64,000 bases of DNA from an uncultured Verrucomicrobiae bacterium (GTDB taxonomy: Bacteria; Verrucomicrobiota; Verrucomicrobiia; Limisphaerales; Palsa-1400). A program made the position numbers and the translations under genes. Location of the stretch: the NCBI GenBank assembly GCA_963702845.1, contig OY969763.1, positions 3,680,001 to 3,744,000 of the forward strand, written 5' to 3'. Below are positions 37,468 through 46,722 of this stretch, piece after piece. Numbering within the stretch: the first letter of the stretch is position 1; each line of letters begins with the position of its first letter. The notes beneath the pieces were generated by a model that worked only from the letters and a program-made list of their open reading frames with translations, was not told where the DNA came from and ran no database searches.

Positions 37468-40410
37468 TTATATTTTTAGCGTTTCGAGAAGTTGCGCGAG
37501 AAAATTACCGGTGTAACTGCCGGGAATTTGCGCAACATCCTCGGGCGTTCCTTCAGCGACGATGCGACCGCCGTCGTCCCCGGCCTCCGGCCCAAGATCA
37601 ATCACCCAATCGGCCGACTTTATGACTTCAAGATTATGTTCGATCACCACGACGGAATGTCCGGCGTCGACCAATCGTTGAAACACCTTCAGTAACACGC
37701 GGACATCTTCGAAGTGCAAACCGGTCGTGGGCTCATCGAATAAAAATAAAATCGGCTTCGTGCTGTTTTTGAAGTCCGCTTCCTCAACCTCCGCCAAATG
37801 ACTGACGAGTTTTAGCCGCTGACTTTCGCCACCGGACAAGGTGGTCACTGGTTGGCCGAGTCGCAAATAACCAAGACCGGTCTCCTGCAACAATTTCAAT
37901 CCGGCTGCCGCGCGTTTCGCCTGCGCTGAGTCGGGGAACGCCGAAAGAAATTCCACCACTTCATCAACTGTCGCCTCCAGCACATCGCCAATGCTCCACT
38001 CACGCGTCGAACCCGGGGCTTGCAGTTTCACTTCCAAAATATGCGGGCGATAGCGTCGCCCGTTGCAGTCCGGGCAGCGAATGAATACGTCGCTCAAAAA
38101 CTGCATTTCGATCTTTTCGAAACCGGCGCCGCGGCAGCGTTCACATTGCCCTTGCGCGGAATTAAAACTAAACGCACTCGCATTGAGCCCGCGCTGCCTG
38201 GCCATTTCGCTCTGCGCAAACAGCGCGCGAATGTCTTCGAAGGCGCCAATATAGACAGCGGGATTCGAGCGCGGCGTGCGACCGAGCGGCGATTGATCCA
38301 CCAGCACAACCCGGCTCAACCTTTCCCAACCAGAAATCGGCGCGAATAAATATTGGGCGGCATCCTTGTCGTCGTCGTTCTCCTTCTCTTCAACGTCGCG
38401 ATTTGGCTTGGCCTGTGGTTGCTGTTTCAATTTGGATTCCAGCGCGGGCAATAACACCTCGCGCATCAATGTCGTCTTACCCGATCCGCTCACGCCGGTG
38501 ATCGCGACAAATCGGCTGAGTGGAATTTCGACCGTTAGATCGCGCAAGTTGTGCGTGTGCGCATGCTCGAGTTTCAACCATGCGCAATCTTTTCCGGTGC
38601 GGCGCGTCGGAAGCTCGATCCGTCGGGCACCGCTGAGATATTGGCCGGTCAACGATTTGTTCGATTGCAACAGCTCCGAAACGGTTCCTTGAAACACCAC
38701 CTGACCGCCGGACTCACCATGGCCGGGGCCAATATCGACAACCTGGTCCGCCGCGCGAATGACGCCAGCTTCGTGCTCCACGACCACGACCGTATTTCCA
38801 ACGGACCGTAACCGCTCCACGATCCGAACCAATCGCTCCGTGTCACGCGGATGCAATCCGACACTCGGCTCATCTAAAACAAACAAAGTGTTTACGAGAC
38901 AGGAACCAAGGCAGGTTGTTAAATTGACACGCTCCGTTTCGCCGCCCGACAACGAACGCGTGCTCCGGTCGAGCGTCAAATAACCAAGCCCGACATCATC
39001 CAAATAACCAAGGCGCGAACAAACTTCATGCAGCGCGAGGTTGATTGGGTCAGTTCGTTTCAAATGTTTTCGTGCGCTCGCGATGCCGTTCACAAAACCA
39101 AGAGCTTCGCGCACGCTCAGTTTGTAAAAGTCACCAATCGATTTTCCCTGCAATCGATAGAGCAAGCTGTCCGGCTGAAAGCGCGCACCGTGACAATCTG
39201 GGCAAGTCCGATAACTGCGATATCGCGACAAGAGCACGCGCACGTGCATCTTGTAAGCCTTCGATTCCAGCCACCGAAAATAGCCTTTCACGCCGTACCA
39301 GTATTTTGGCCAACGATGCGCGTCGTCCTTACCGTAACCGGGATCGCCGTTGATGACCCAATCCTGAAATTTCTGCGGCAAGTTCTCGAACGGCACGTCC
39401 ATCGGCACATGCCGCGATTTCGCGAACTTCTTCAAATCATCCTGACTCTCGGCGCCCTGCCCGGTTTGCCACGGCTTGACCGCGCCAGCGGCTAAGGTCT
39501 TCGACCGGTCCGGAATCGCCGCATTGTAATCGATGGTGATGATGCGCCCGAAACCACGACACGTCGGACACGCGCCAATCGGATAGTTGAAGCTGAACAG
39601 GGCCGCACTCGGCTCGCGGTATTCCAAATCGCAATCCGCACAATGGAACTTGTTGGAAAATAGTTTCGTTTGAGCGCCGCGAATTGCCAAATGCCCTTTG
39701 CCGAAATGATACGCCTGCTCGCAAGCCTCGATGAAGCGCGCTCGGTTCTCGTCGGCAATTTTGACTCTGTCCTGCAAAACCGTCACGAGCTTCGGCTTCG
39801 CGCCGGCCAACTTTGACGCGGCGTCCTCGAGCCGCACATACTCCGCGCCAACCAATAGGCGTTGGTAACCTTGTTTTGCAATCAGCGCCAAGGACTCATC
39901 GAGCGAAAGCTTCTCGCTCAATGGCAGATCAAACGTGACGAACACCTCGGCACCAGAGTTCTTCTGCCGAATGATCTCCCAAATGCGCTGCGGCGAATCC
40001 TTCTGCACCGGTTGACCGCAATTTCGGCAAAGCAAGTGGGACAGATGCGGCCAGAACAATTTGGTGTAATCAACGATCTCCGTCATCGTCCCAACCGTCG
40101 ACCTCGTGCTCTTCACCGTATTACGCTGTTCGATAGCGATCGCCGGTGGAATGCCTTCGATACTGTCCGCCTGCGGCTTGTCCATGCGGTCCAGGAACTG
40201 GCGGGCGTAGGGCGAAAAAGTTTCGATATAGCGCCGTTGCCCTTCCGCAAAAAGAGTGTCGAAAGCGAGTGAACTTTTTCCGGAACCGCTGAGCCCGGTA
40301 AAGACGATCAATTTGCCGAGCGGCAAATCGAGATCGAAATTTTTGAGATTATTCTGCCGGACTCCGCGAAGGCGGATAACCCTGGCAACCGGGCCTTTTG
40401 ACATCGTCAT
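37468..40410 (-). CDS. uvrA: Excinuclease ABC subunit UvrA (probable paralog)
   Basis: Two ABC cassettes (GLSGSGKS and GVSGSGKT; LSGGE twice; DEP) with Zn-finger CxxC pairs. Confidence 0.93.
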   Translation of the reverse strand: MTMSKGPVARVIRLRGVRQNNLKNFDLDLPLGKLIVFTGLSGSGKSSLAFDTLFAEGQRRYIETFSPYARQFLDRMDKPQADSIEGIPPAIAIEQRNTVKSTRSTVGTMTEIVDYTKLFWPHLSHLLCRNCGQPVQKDSPQRIWEIIRQKNSGAEVFVTFDLPLSEKLSLDESLALIAKQGYQRLLVGAEYVRLEDAASKLAGAKPKLVTVLQDRVKIADENRARFIEACEQAYHFGKGHLAIRGAQTKLFSNKFHCADCDLEYREPSAALFSFNYPIGACPTCRGFGRIITIDYNAAIPDRSKTLAAGAVKPWQTGQGAESQDDLKKFAKSRHVPMDVPFENLPQKFQDWVINGDPGYGKDDAHRWPKYWYGVKGYFRWLESKAYKMHVRVLLSRYRSYRTCPDCHGARFQPDSLLYRLQGKSIGDFYKLSVREALGFVNGIASARKHLKRTDPINLALHEVCSRLGYLDDVGLGYLTLDRSTRSLSGGETERVNLTTCLGSCLVNTLFVLDEPSVGLHPRDTERLVRIVERLRSVGNTVVVVEHEAGVIRAADQVVDIGPGHGESGGQVVFQGTVSELLQSNKSLTGQYLSGARRIELPTRRTGKDCAWLKLEHAHTHNLRDLTVEIPLSRFVAITGVSGSGKTTLMREVLLPALESKLKQQPQAKPNRDVEEKENDDDKDAAQYLFAPISGWERLSRVVLVDQSPLGRTPRSNPAVYIGAFEDIRALFAQSEMARQRGLNASAFSFNSAQGQCERCRGAGFEKIEMQFLSDVFIRCPDCNGRRYRPHILEVKLQAPGSTREWSIGDVLEATVDEVVEFLSAFPDSAQAKRAAAGLKLLQETGLGYLRLGQPVTTLSGGESQRLKLVSHLAEVEEADFKNSTKPILFLFDEPTTGLHFEDVRVLLKVFQRLVDAGHSVVVIEHNLEVIKSADWVIDLGPEAGDDGGRIVAEGTPEDVAQIPGSYTGNFLAQLLETLKI

Positions 40411-40720
40411 AAACAACCTAAACGGGAGCCCGCCAGTGTCAACGTCGACGGACTTTCATTTGAGTTCTCGTCTCGGGCGCTCGTTTCAGAGCCAACTTCG
40501 AGAAGCTTTTTTGTACCGTAATCACCCATTCCAAAATGCGGACAAACCACGTTGTAACTTGCGCAATTTATGCGCAGCAACGTGGGAACAATACCCTGTA
40601 GGCTATTCCACTCATGCAAGTCCCAGAACATAAGGTTTTTCCGTATGTTTGATTAGCACACTTTTTGATTGCACTATAACCAATCAACTACCATACTAAC
40701 TTCACTAAGCCTTGCGACGT

Positions 40721-41452
40721 ATGCCAACGTTCCTCCAACGCAGGAGACACGGGAGCTATAAGCGAGATGGCTTTACCCTTATCGAGTTGGGTATAGTCAT
40801 CGCGATTACTGCTATTCTCGCGGCTTTGATCCTCCCTGCCCTCGCTAGCGCCAAAGAACGTTCTCGCCGCACCGCCTGCAAAAGCAACCAGCATCAATTC
40901 TATCTGGCTTGTGCAATGTATGCGGACGACAACAATCAATATCTTCCCAAAGCGATCGACAACCACGGCTACTATTCAACGCTCTGGGTCTCCGATCCGA
41001 CCTATCAAGCCTTTACGGATTACACCAGCGACTATCGCGTTCTCTATTGTCCGAACATTGTCCTCGGCAGCGAACCTCGCTACACCGAATCGAAAGGTTA
41101 TCTGATCGGCTACAATTATCTCGGTAACGTGGATCCGCCGACCGAAAAAGGTCCGGACGTCGTTGTTTCGCCACGAAGAATGACGGACGATCCCAACATT
41201 ACGCTCTTGGCTGACGCCAACTACTTCGGTGGTCAGGACAAATTGAAGATTGCTCCGCACACGATTTCCGGCGCGGCTGTGGCGAACAAGACTTCTATCA
41301 CCCGCAATCTTCCCGGCAAAACCAGCGCTGATCTCGGCGCGGTTGGCGGTAACGTCGGCACGCTCGACGGCGCAATCAATTGGAAACAAGTCGGCGCGAT
41401 GCACACGTATCATTCGCTGGGCAACGATCCCAGCTATTTCGGTAATTGGTAA
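40721..41452 (+). CDS. Prepilin-type N-terminal cleavage/methylation protein
   Basis: DG|FTLIELGIVIAITAILAALILP; YCP; GGNVGTLDG. Confidence 0.88.
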   Translation: MPTFLQRRRHGSYKRDGFTLIELGIVIAITAILAALILPALASAKERSRRTACKSNQHQFYLACAMYADDNNQYLPKAIDNHGYYSTLWVSDPTYQAFTDYTSDYRVLYCPNIVLGSEPRYTESKGYLIGYNYLGNVDPPTEKGPDVVVSPRRMTDDPNITLLADANYFGGQDKLKIAPHTISGAAVANKTSITRNLPGKTSADLGAVGGNVGTLDGAINWKQVGAMHTYHSLGNDPSYFGNW

Positions 41453-41532
41453 TCGACTTCTTCGTTCGCAGCTCTTCTCGTTTTGCCGTTCGCTCGTCCG
41501 TCACCAATCATTAAGCTTCCGTGTACGAATTC

Positions 41533-41586
41533 CGGTGCTTGGAGTTTTGGGCTTCCCTGGAGTTTGAATTTTGGTGCTTGGAACTT
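41533..41586. repeat. Degenerate heptamer repeat array (TGGWGYT-like)
   Basis: GGTGCTT GGAGTTT TGGGCTT ... TGGAGTT TGAATTT TGGTGCT TGGAACT. Confidence 0.6.
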
Positions 41587-41638
41587 AATGTTTGGCCTTT
41601 GACCCGCCAGCAAGTTCCCCTCTCACGCTCCGCCACCG

Positions 41639-42866
41639 CTAATACGTAAGCTTCAACAAAACCCCCTGCCCCGGCTGCACCCAAACATTTTCCCCACCAA
41701 AATCCTCTAACAAACCCGAGTACAGGCGAAACCTTTTGCACCCGTCGCGGCGGCCGAATGTAATGCGGATGGCACGCTGCCGATTTGACCAGGTCCTTGT
41801 TCGTTAACACAACGTATCGCGACCTGTCGTGATGCGTGAACTCGCCACAAACAAAATCGCCACCGTCGCACGCGGTCACGAGGCTGGTTGGCCTTGGTCC
41901 GTGCGCACCCTCCGGGATGTTTGTGAAATGATGGGTGTCGTTACACGTCAATTGCAGCAACGTCGGCGCGAGCTTTTGCACCTGTAGATTCACATTCTGC
42001 ATGTTGTGCCAGGCCGGTGTTGGGTTGCCGAATTGATCCATCGGCGCGCCGCGATAATTTCCGGTGGGCGGGGCAAAATACGTGAAGTAAGCAATCCCTC
42101 GCGCGCCATAGGCCAAAGCCGAATAAACCTCAAACCGCAAATCCGCCGCGCTCGGCTCTCGATAATTGAAGTGCCCGACCGACAGCAAAATTGCACAGAA
42201 CGGAATTCCACTCGCGCGCGAAGCCGCATGGACCTGCTCCAGATTTTGCCAATAACCATTGCGCAACGTCCCGTCATCCATCAACGCGTAATGATCGTAA
42301 CTGATAAATGTCGGACGACAGTCAGTCACGAACAGTTGCAAATACTGCGCGTAGCTCAGCCCCTCGAGTTGATTGTTGTCGGCGTAGTTCGGATACAAAT
42401 TAATGTAAGGCCATTTTCCGGGCGCAGCCTCGTGAAGGAGCGCGGCAATTCTGCCGAGCCCCGGCAAATAAGCCGGCGGTGGCTCATCACGAAGGTAAAA
42501 CCCGTAAACTGCCGGGTGCTTCCCGACCTGCGCGACCAAACTCAAAATATTACTGCGCGCCACACGCTCATCAATATGGGTCCAGTCATATCCGCCGCAT
42601 CGAGGATCGGAAACAATCGCTTTGAGCCCGGCCGAATAGCATAAATCCAACCCAGCCACCGGCACAAACCCCGCCACATTCAACCCACACTCTGCCATCC
42701 TCTGGAAAACTCCCAAATCCACCGGCGGACTATTCCACGCCATGATCGGAAAAAAATTCGTTGCATTCGACTGCGCCCGCGCGGTCACTCCGAGCGCAAC
42801 CAAAAGCAAAATGCTGGAGAGGATATTCCGAAGTCGCCCTAAGAAAGGTTTCTGCACACTGGACAT
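41639..42866 (-). CDS. Exported glycoside-hydrolase-like TIM-barrel protein, +1 frameshift near 41724
   Basis: Signal peptide; YLRDEP, SYDHY, ALAYGARGIAYF. Removing one base gives the C-terminus SPYSGLLEDFGGENVWVQPGQGVLLKLTY* ending at 41639. Confidence 0.75.
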
Positions 42867-42970
42867 AAACCGAATCTACCCCGATACCTCGGGAAGAAAA
42901 GTCCTTATAAATTGCGCGCGTTCCGACAACTTGAATCGCGGCCTTCACGTCGGTTGAGCGTTCGAGAAGA

Positions 42971-43045
42971 TGGTGCGCGCTGTAGGGTTTGAACCTACGA
43001 CCCCTACCGTGTGAAGGTAATGCTCTACCGCTGAGCTAAGCGCGC
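42971..43045 (-). tRNA. tRNA-Val (anticodon CAC)
   Basis: Full cloverleaf with encoded CCA: GCGCGCT-TA-GCTC AGCGGTA GAGC-A-TTACC TTCACAC GGTAG-GGGTC-GTAGG TTCAAAC CCTAC-AGCGCGC-A-CCA. Confidence 0.97.
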
Positions 43046-43120
43046 CCCCAGAGTCCAAAAACATTAAATTTAATCCGCCCTCTGAGCAAGCGTCTTTTGC
43101 TTCGGTCACTACACCACCAT

Positions 43121-44011
43121 CTATCCCAGTAGTCCGGGGTCGAACAACATGGACTCGATCTGCTTACTTTTTTTGCGCTTCGGGGCATCTGCAATCGGCT
43201 TCACCACTCCCGCAATCACTGCACGCGCCACTTCCATATACTCCGCATCGATGTCATAACCGATGAACGTCGGGACCCCACACTGTTGCGCGGCGACTGC
43301 CGAATGACCAATCCCAACGAACGGGTCCAACATTACCATGCCGGGTTTGATTCCGTGAATCTTGATGCAGTTGACCGCCAGAGCGACCGGAAAAGTCGCC
43401 GGATGCGGTCGTTCCTTCGAGCGGTTGACGATCGTCTTATACGGAATAAACCAATTATTGCCACGACATCGCACATCCCGCCCTCCCGTATGCGCCCAAC
43501 GTTTGATATTCGACTTGTCGTTATATGGCACCCCAAGATTCAACCGTTCCATCGGCGTGTCGCCGTTCCTAGTCAGGTGAAAAATATATTCGTGGCAATC
43601 GTTCACGTACCGTTGTGAATGAAGCGGTTTGAAGTGCCCCGATGAAATCTGTTGTCCATCCTTCGTCTCCACCGTGATCGATTTGATCCAATGAAATGTG
43701 TTCTGGAGAACCAATCCGACCTCCGACTTCAACGCCACCACCAACTCATGCGGAAGCAAGGGATTGGAAGGCGATGCGCCCAGGTTGAGAAAAAACGAAC
43801 CGCGCTCAGTCAGGACGCGATTCACCTGCGTTGCCCATTCGCACGACCATTTGAGATAATCCTCGCGCGATTTCTTGTCCTCGTACTTGCGATATTTAAT
43901 CCCAAGATTATAAGGCGGCGACGTGACCACGAGATCGACCGACCCATCGGCCAGCGTCTTCATCCGCTCGACACAATCGCCAACCTCGAGGGTGAATTGA
44001 GTTTCTCGCAT
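43121..44011 (-). CDS. Site-specific amino DNA methyltransferase, beta class (likely N4-C)
   Basis: DLVVTSPPY precedes HPATFP and LDPFVGIG (FxGxG), the beta motif order. Confidence 0.92.
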   Translation of the reverse strand: MRETQFTLEVGDCVERMKTLADGSVDLVVTSPPYNLGIKYRKYEDKKSREDYLKWSCEWATQVNRVLTERGSFFLNLGASPSNPLLPHELVVALKSEVGLVLQNTFHWIKSITVETKDGQQISSGHFKPLHSQRYVNDCHEYIFHLTRNGDTPMERLNLGVPYNDKSNIKRWAHTGGRDVRCRGNNWFIPYKTIVNRSKERPHPATFPVALAVNCIKIHGIKPGMVMLDPFVGIGHSAVAAQQCGVPTFIGYDIDAEYMEVARAVIAGVVKPIADAPKRKKSKQIESMLFDPGLLG

Positions 44012-44019
44012 TCCCGTCG

Positions 44020-44100
44020 ATTGTAGGAAAGAACGAGCTGACTCACAAATTTGAAATATGAAGGTGAAATTTGATATTCACCACAGCCCTGCGTTATCTT
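44020..44100. promoter_or_regulatory. Divergent sigma70 promoters, both apparently leaderless
   Basis: Minus strand TTGTGA-17-TACAAT-8-ATG(44011); plus strand TTGATA-18-TATCTT-8-ATG(44109). Confidence 0.55.
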
Positions 44101-44108
44101 GACTGGGT

Positions 44109-44567
44109 ATGCAACTCGACGAGACACAGAAACAGAAGGTCACGCAGTGGATCAACGAGGGCCAGAAGCTCTCCGAAATCCAGAATCGCCTCGAAAAAGA
44201 ACTAGGCCTGCGCCTGACCTATCTCGAAGTCCGGATGCTGGTCGATGATCTTAAACTGAAACCGAAGGACCCGGAACCGCCGGCGCAACCGAAACCACCG
44301 GAGGTCGAAAAACCTGCCGAGGAGATCGCCCCAGAACCGGGTATACCTGGAAACGTCAAAGTGGCCGTCGACCAAATCGCCCGTCCCGGCGCACTCGTCA
44401 GCGGCAAAGTTACTTTCAGCGACGGCAAAGGTGCTGAATGGTTCCTCGATCAAACCGGACGTCTCGGAATCGTGCCGCCGGAAAAAGGATACAAGCCGTC
44501 ACCAGAAGATTTGCAGGCATTCAATATCGAGTTGCAGAACGAATTCCAGAAACTCGGATTGGGTTAG
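44109..44567 (+). CDS. Hypothetical protein
   Basis: 152 aa, strong coding bias, two domains joined by a Pro/Glu linker. Confidence 0.8.
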   Translation: MQLDETQKQKVTQWINEGQKLSEIQNRLEKELGLRLTYLEVRMLVDDLKLKPKDPEPPAQPKPPEVEKPAEEIAPEPGIPGNVKVAVDQIARPGALVSGKVTFSDGKGAEWFLDQTGRLGIVPPEKGYKPSPEDLQAFNIELQNEFQKLGLG

Positions 44568-45532
44568 GCAAAAGACTCGGCAGTCAGTTCGACAATCCGT
44601 CTGAGTGAAGTCGATGGTCGGAACCCGGTCGTCTGCACCAGTCGCTCAATCACCGGCTTGCGTCTAAGCATGTCCTCAAACCCGGGCGCGTAGGCTTTTT
44701 CATAAGGCACAAATTCGATCTGCGATTTCGAATTAGTGATCTCAAGCACGAGCTTCGCCAAATCGAGAATGCTGACTTCCTCGGGATTGCCCACGTTGAA
44801 GACACTGCCTCGCGACGCCGAACAATTCTGCAATCGCACCAACGCCTCCACGGTGTCTTTAACGTAACAAAAGCACCGCGTCTGCTTGCCGTCGCCATAG
44901 ACGCGCAATGGATCGCCACGTTTGGCCGCCGCGATAAATCTGGGCAAGACCATCCCATATTGTCCCGTCTGCCGTGGACCGACGGTATTAAACAATCGGG
45001 CGACAACCACAGGAACCTGGCGTTCGTTGGCGAAGGCGAGCGCCAGAAATTCGTCCATCAACTTCGAGCAAGCATAGCTCCAGCGCGAAAACTTCGGAGG
45101 CCCAATCAGTAAATCATCGTCCTCGGAAAATGCCGGCTTGGTGCTCTTTCCATAAACTTCGGAGGTAGACGCGAGCAGAACAGGAACCCGATTTTCAGCG
45201 ACTGCGTGCAGGATGACCTCAGTCTCATGAAGATTAGTCTCAATCGAGCGCACACACGACTGAATCACCAACTCCACCCCAACCGCCGCCGCAAGGTGAT
45301 AAACACTCTCACACTGCGAGACGATCGTGTTGAGGTCTTTGCAATCTGAAACTTTGGATTGAATGAACGTCAGGCCGGCTCGGTCCTTAAACCCGCTGAG
45401 ATTCTCAATCCTGCCGGTCGACAAATCGTCGATAACGGCAACTGCCTTCCCGTCGGAGAGCAGTCGTTCCACCAGGTGCGAGCCGATAAAACCGGCTCCA
45501 CCTGTCACAAGAACTTTCCCGTGTGGGCTCAT
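44564..45532 (-). CDS. NAD-dependent nucleotide-sugar epimerase/dehydratase
   Basis: TGGAGFIG, HLAAAVGV, STSEVYG, YACSK, RLFNTVGPRQ. Confidence 0.92.
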   Translation of the reverse strand: MSPHGKVLVTGGAGFIGSHLVERLLSDGKAVAVIDDLSTGRIENLSGFKDRAGLTFIQSKVSDCKDLNTIVSQCESVYHLAAAVGVELVIQSCVRSIETNLHETEVILHAVAENRVPVLLASTSEVYGKSTKPAFSEDDDLLIGPPKFSRWSYACSKLMDEFLALAFANERQVPVVVARLFNTVGPRQTGQYGMVLPRFIAAAKRGDPLRVYGDGKQTRCFCYVKDTVEALVRLQNCSASRGSVFNVGNPEEVSILDLAKLVLEITNSKSQIEFVPYEKAYAPGFEDMLRRKPVIERLVQTTGFRPSTSLRRIVELTAESFA

Positions 45533-46674
45533 GGTTTCGGAATAGATGGAAACGCGTTCGCGACTGCTTGCGCGAGTTTCTGCCGATATTCCGGCGTGTT
45601 GATCAAAGTGGCCTCGTGTCGATTCGAAAGATATCCGCCTTCGATCAAAACTGCTGGCCGCCGCTGTGTGCGCAATACCGCCATAAATCGGGCACGCCGC
45701 ACACCGCGATCGGATGTCGCAATCGCGCTCATCAACGAACGATGCAACCGCATCGCCCAGACAAAATTCTCCCGATCAAACGCATTGTTCGGCCAATTGT
45801 AGTATGGGTCATCTGTATACCCGCGCGTGAGATTCGCCGGCATCCCAAACGGCGTCATGCAATACGTCTCGATCCCGGACTCCGTGCCCATAGTTGAACC
45901 AGCATTAAAATGTAGGCTCAAAAACAGATCCGCCTGCACGCGATCGGCGACAGTGACGCGGTCATGCAGCGGAATATCGACGTCATTGGTGCGCGTCAGA
46001 TAAACCTTCCAACCGTTGCTCGCGAGCAACGTCTGCAAGCGCAACGCCCAATCGAGCGTGAAGTCCTTTTCAAATTTGTTACCGACAACACTCTTGGTCC
46101 CGCGCTGGTCACCACCGTGACCAGGATCGATCACTACGACGCGCCCATGTAACGTGGCGGGCCGTTGCTGGATAAGTGGCAAAAAGCTTTTCTGGATATC
46201 CAGACCATTCACTGCGATTTCGTGCGAAACAATCTGAGGAGTAAAACCAAGTAGAAAACTCAGCCCGTTCCATTTGGCAAACTGACTTCCTACGGAAAAC
46301 TCAAGCCGGCCCGAAGGCGCAACGAGTTCCAGTTTCGGCTGAGAACCACCAGACACAACATGCACCTGCCCCATCCCATTCACGCCTGCCCAACGTTCAA
46401 TCCCAACCCATCCGTGAATCGGTTCCGGTTCCTTCGGCTGAGGTGCGGGCGCTGCAACAGGAGCTGGTTTCACTACCGCTACCGACGGATTGGTGCGCGG
46501 TTTCGCAACGGGAGCCATGACAGCCGGCGGTGCGGGTTTTGCAACCGGAGCAGTTTCTGGGGAGGGCATCAACGTGACACTCGTGCCGATATTCGAAGTC
46601 GAGCAACTGGCGACAAACAGTGTCGCCGCAATCGCCAACGCGCCTCCAACTCGCACGAGAATCACACGTTCCAT
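45529..46674 (-). CDS. N-acetylmuramoyl-L-alanine amidase (Amidase_3), lipoprotein
   Basis: Lipobox FVASC; IDPGHGG, EK, TR..D....L..R, SLHFN, LIEGGYL. Confidence 0.92.
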   Translation of the reverse strand: MERVILVRVGGALAIAATLFVASCSTSNIGTSVTLMPSPETAPVAKPAPPAVMAPVAKPRTNPSVAVVKPAPVAAPAPQPKEPEPIHGWVGIERWAGVNGMGQVHVVSGGSQPKLELVAPSGRLEFSVGSQFAKWNGLSFLLGFTPQIVSHEIAVNGLDIQKSFLPLIQQRPATLHGRVVVIDPGHGGDQRGTKSVVGNKFEKDFTLDWALRLQTLLASNGWKVYLTRTNDVDIPLHDRVTVADRVQADLFLSLHFNAGSTMGTESGIETYCMTPFGMPANLTRGYTDDPYYNWPNNAFDRENFVWAMRLHRSLMSAIATSDRGVRRARFMAVLRTQRRPAVLIEGGYLSNRHEATLINTPEYRQKLAQAVANAFPSIPKP

Positions 46675-46722
46675 GGACGGGCATTGTGCGCAAACCGCCG
46701 CAAAAGTGAAGCTAAACTCAGA

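Noticed and set aside
40650..40675. Sigma54 promoter upstream of the third prepilin gene
   Set aside because: TAGCAC-N5-TTGA lacks both the invariant GG and GC dinucleotides.
40411..40720. LexA box (TGTTC-N4-GAACA) upstream of uvrA
   Set aside because: Only GAACA half-sites are present (about 40586 and 40626), with no matching left half.
42867..42971. Integrative element at the tRNA-Val 3' end
   Set aside because: No integrase and no duplicated tRNA 3' end found in the window.
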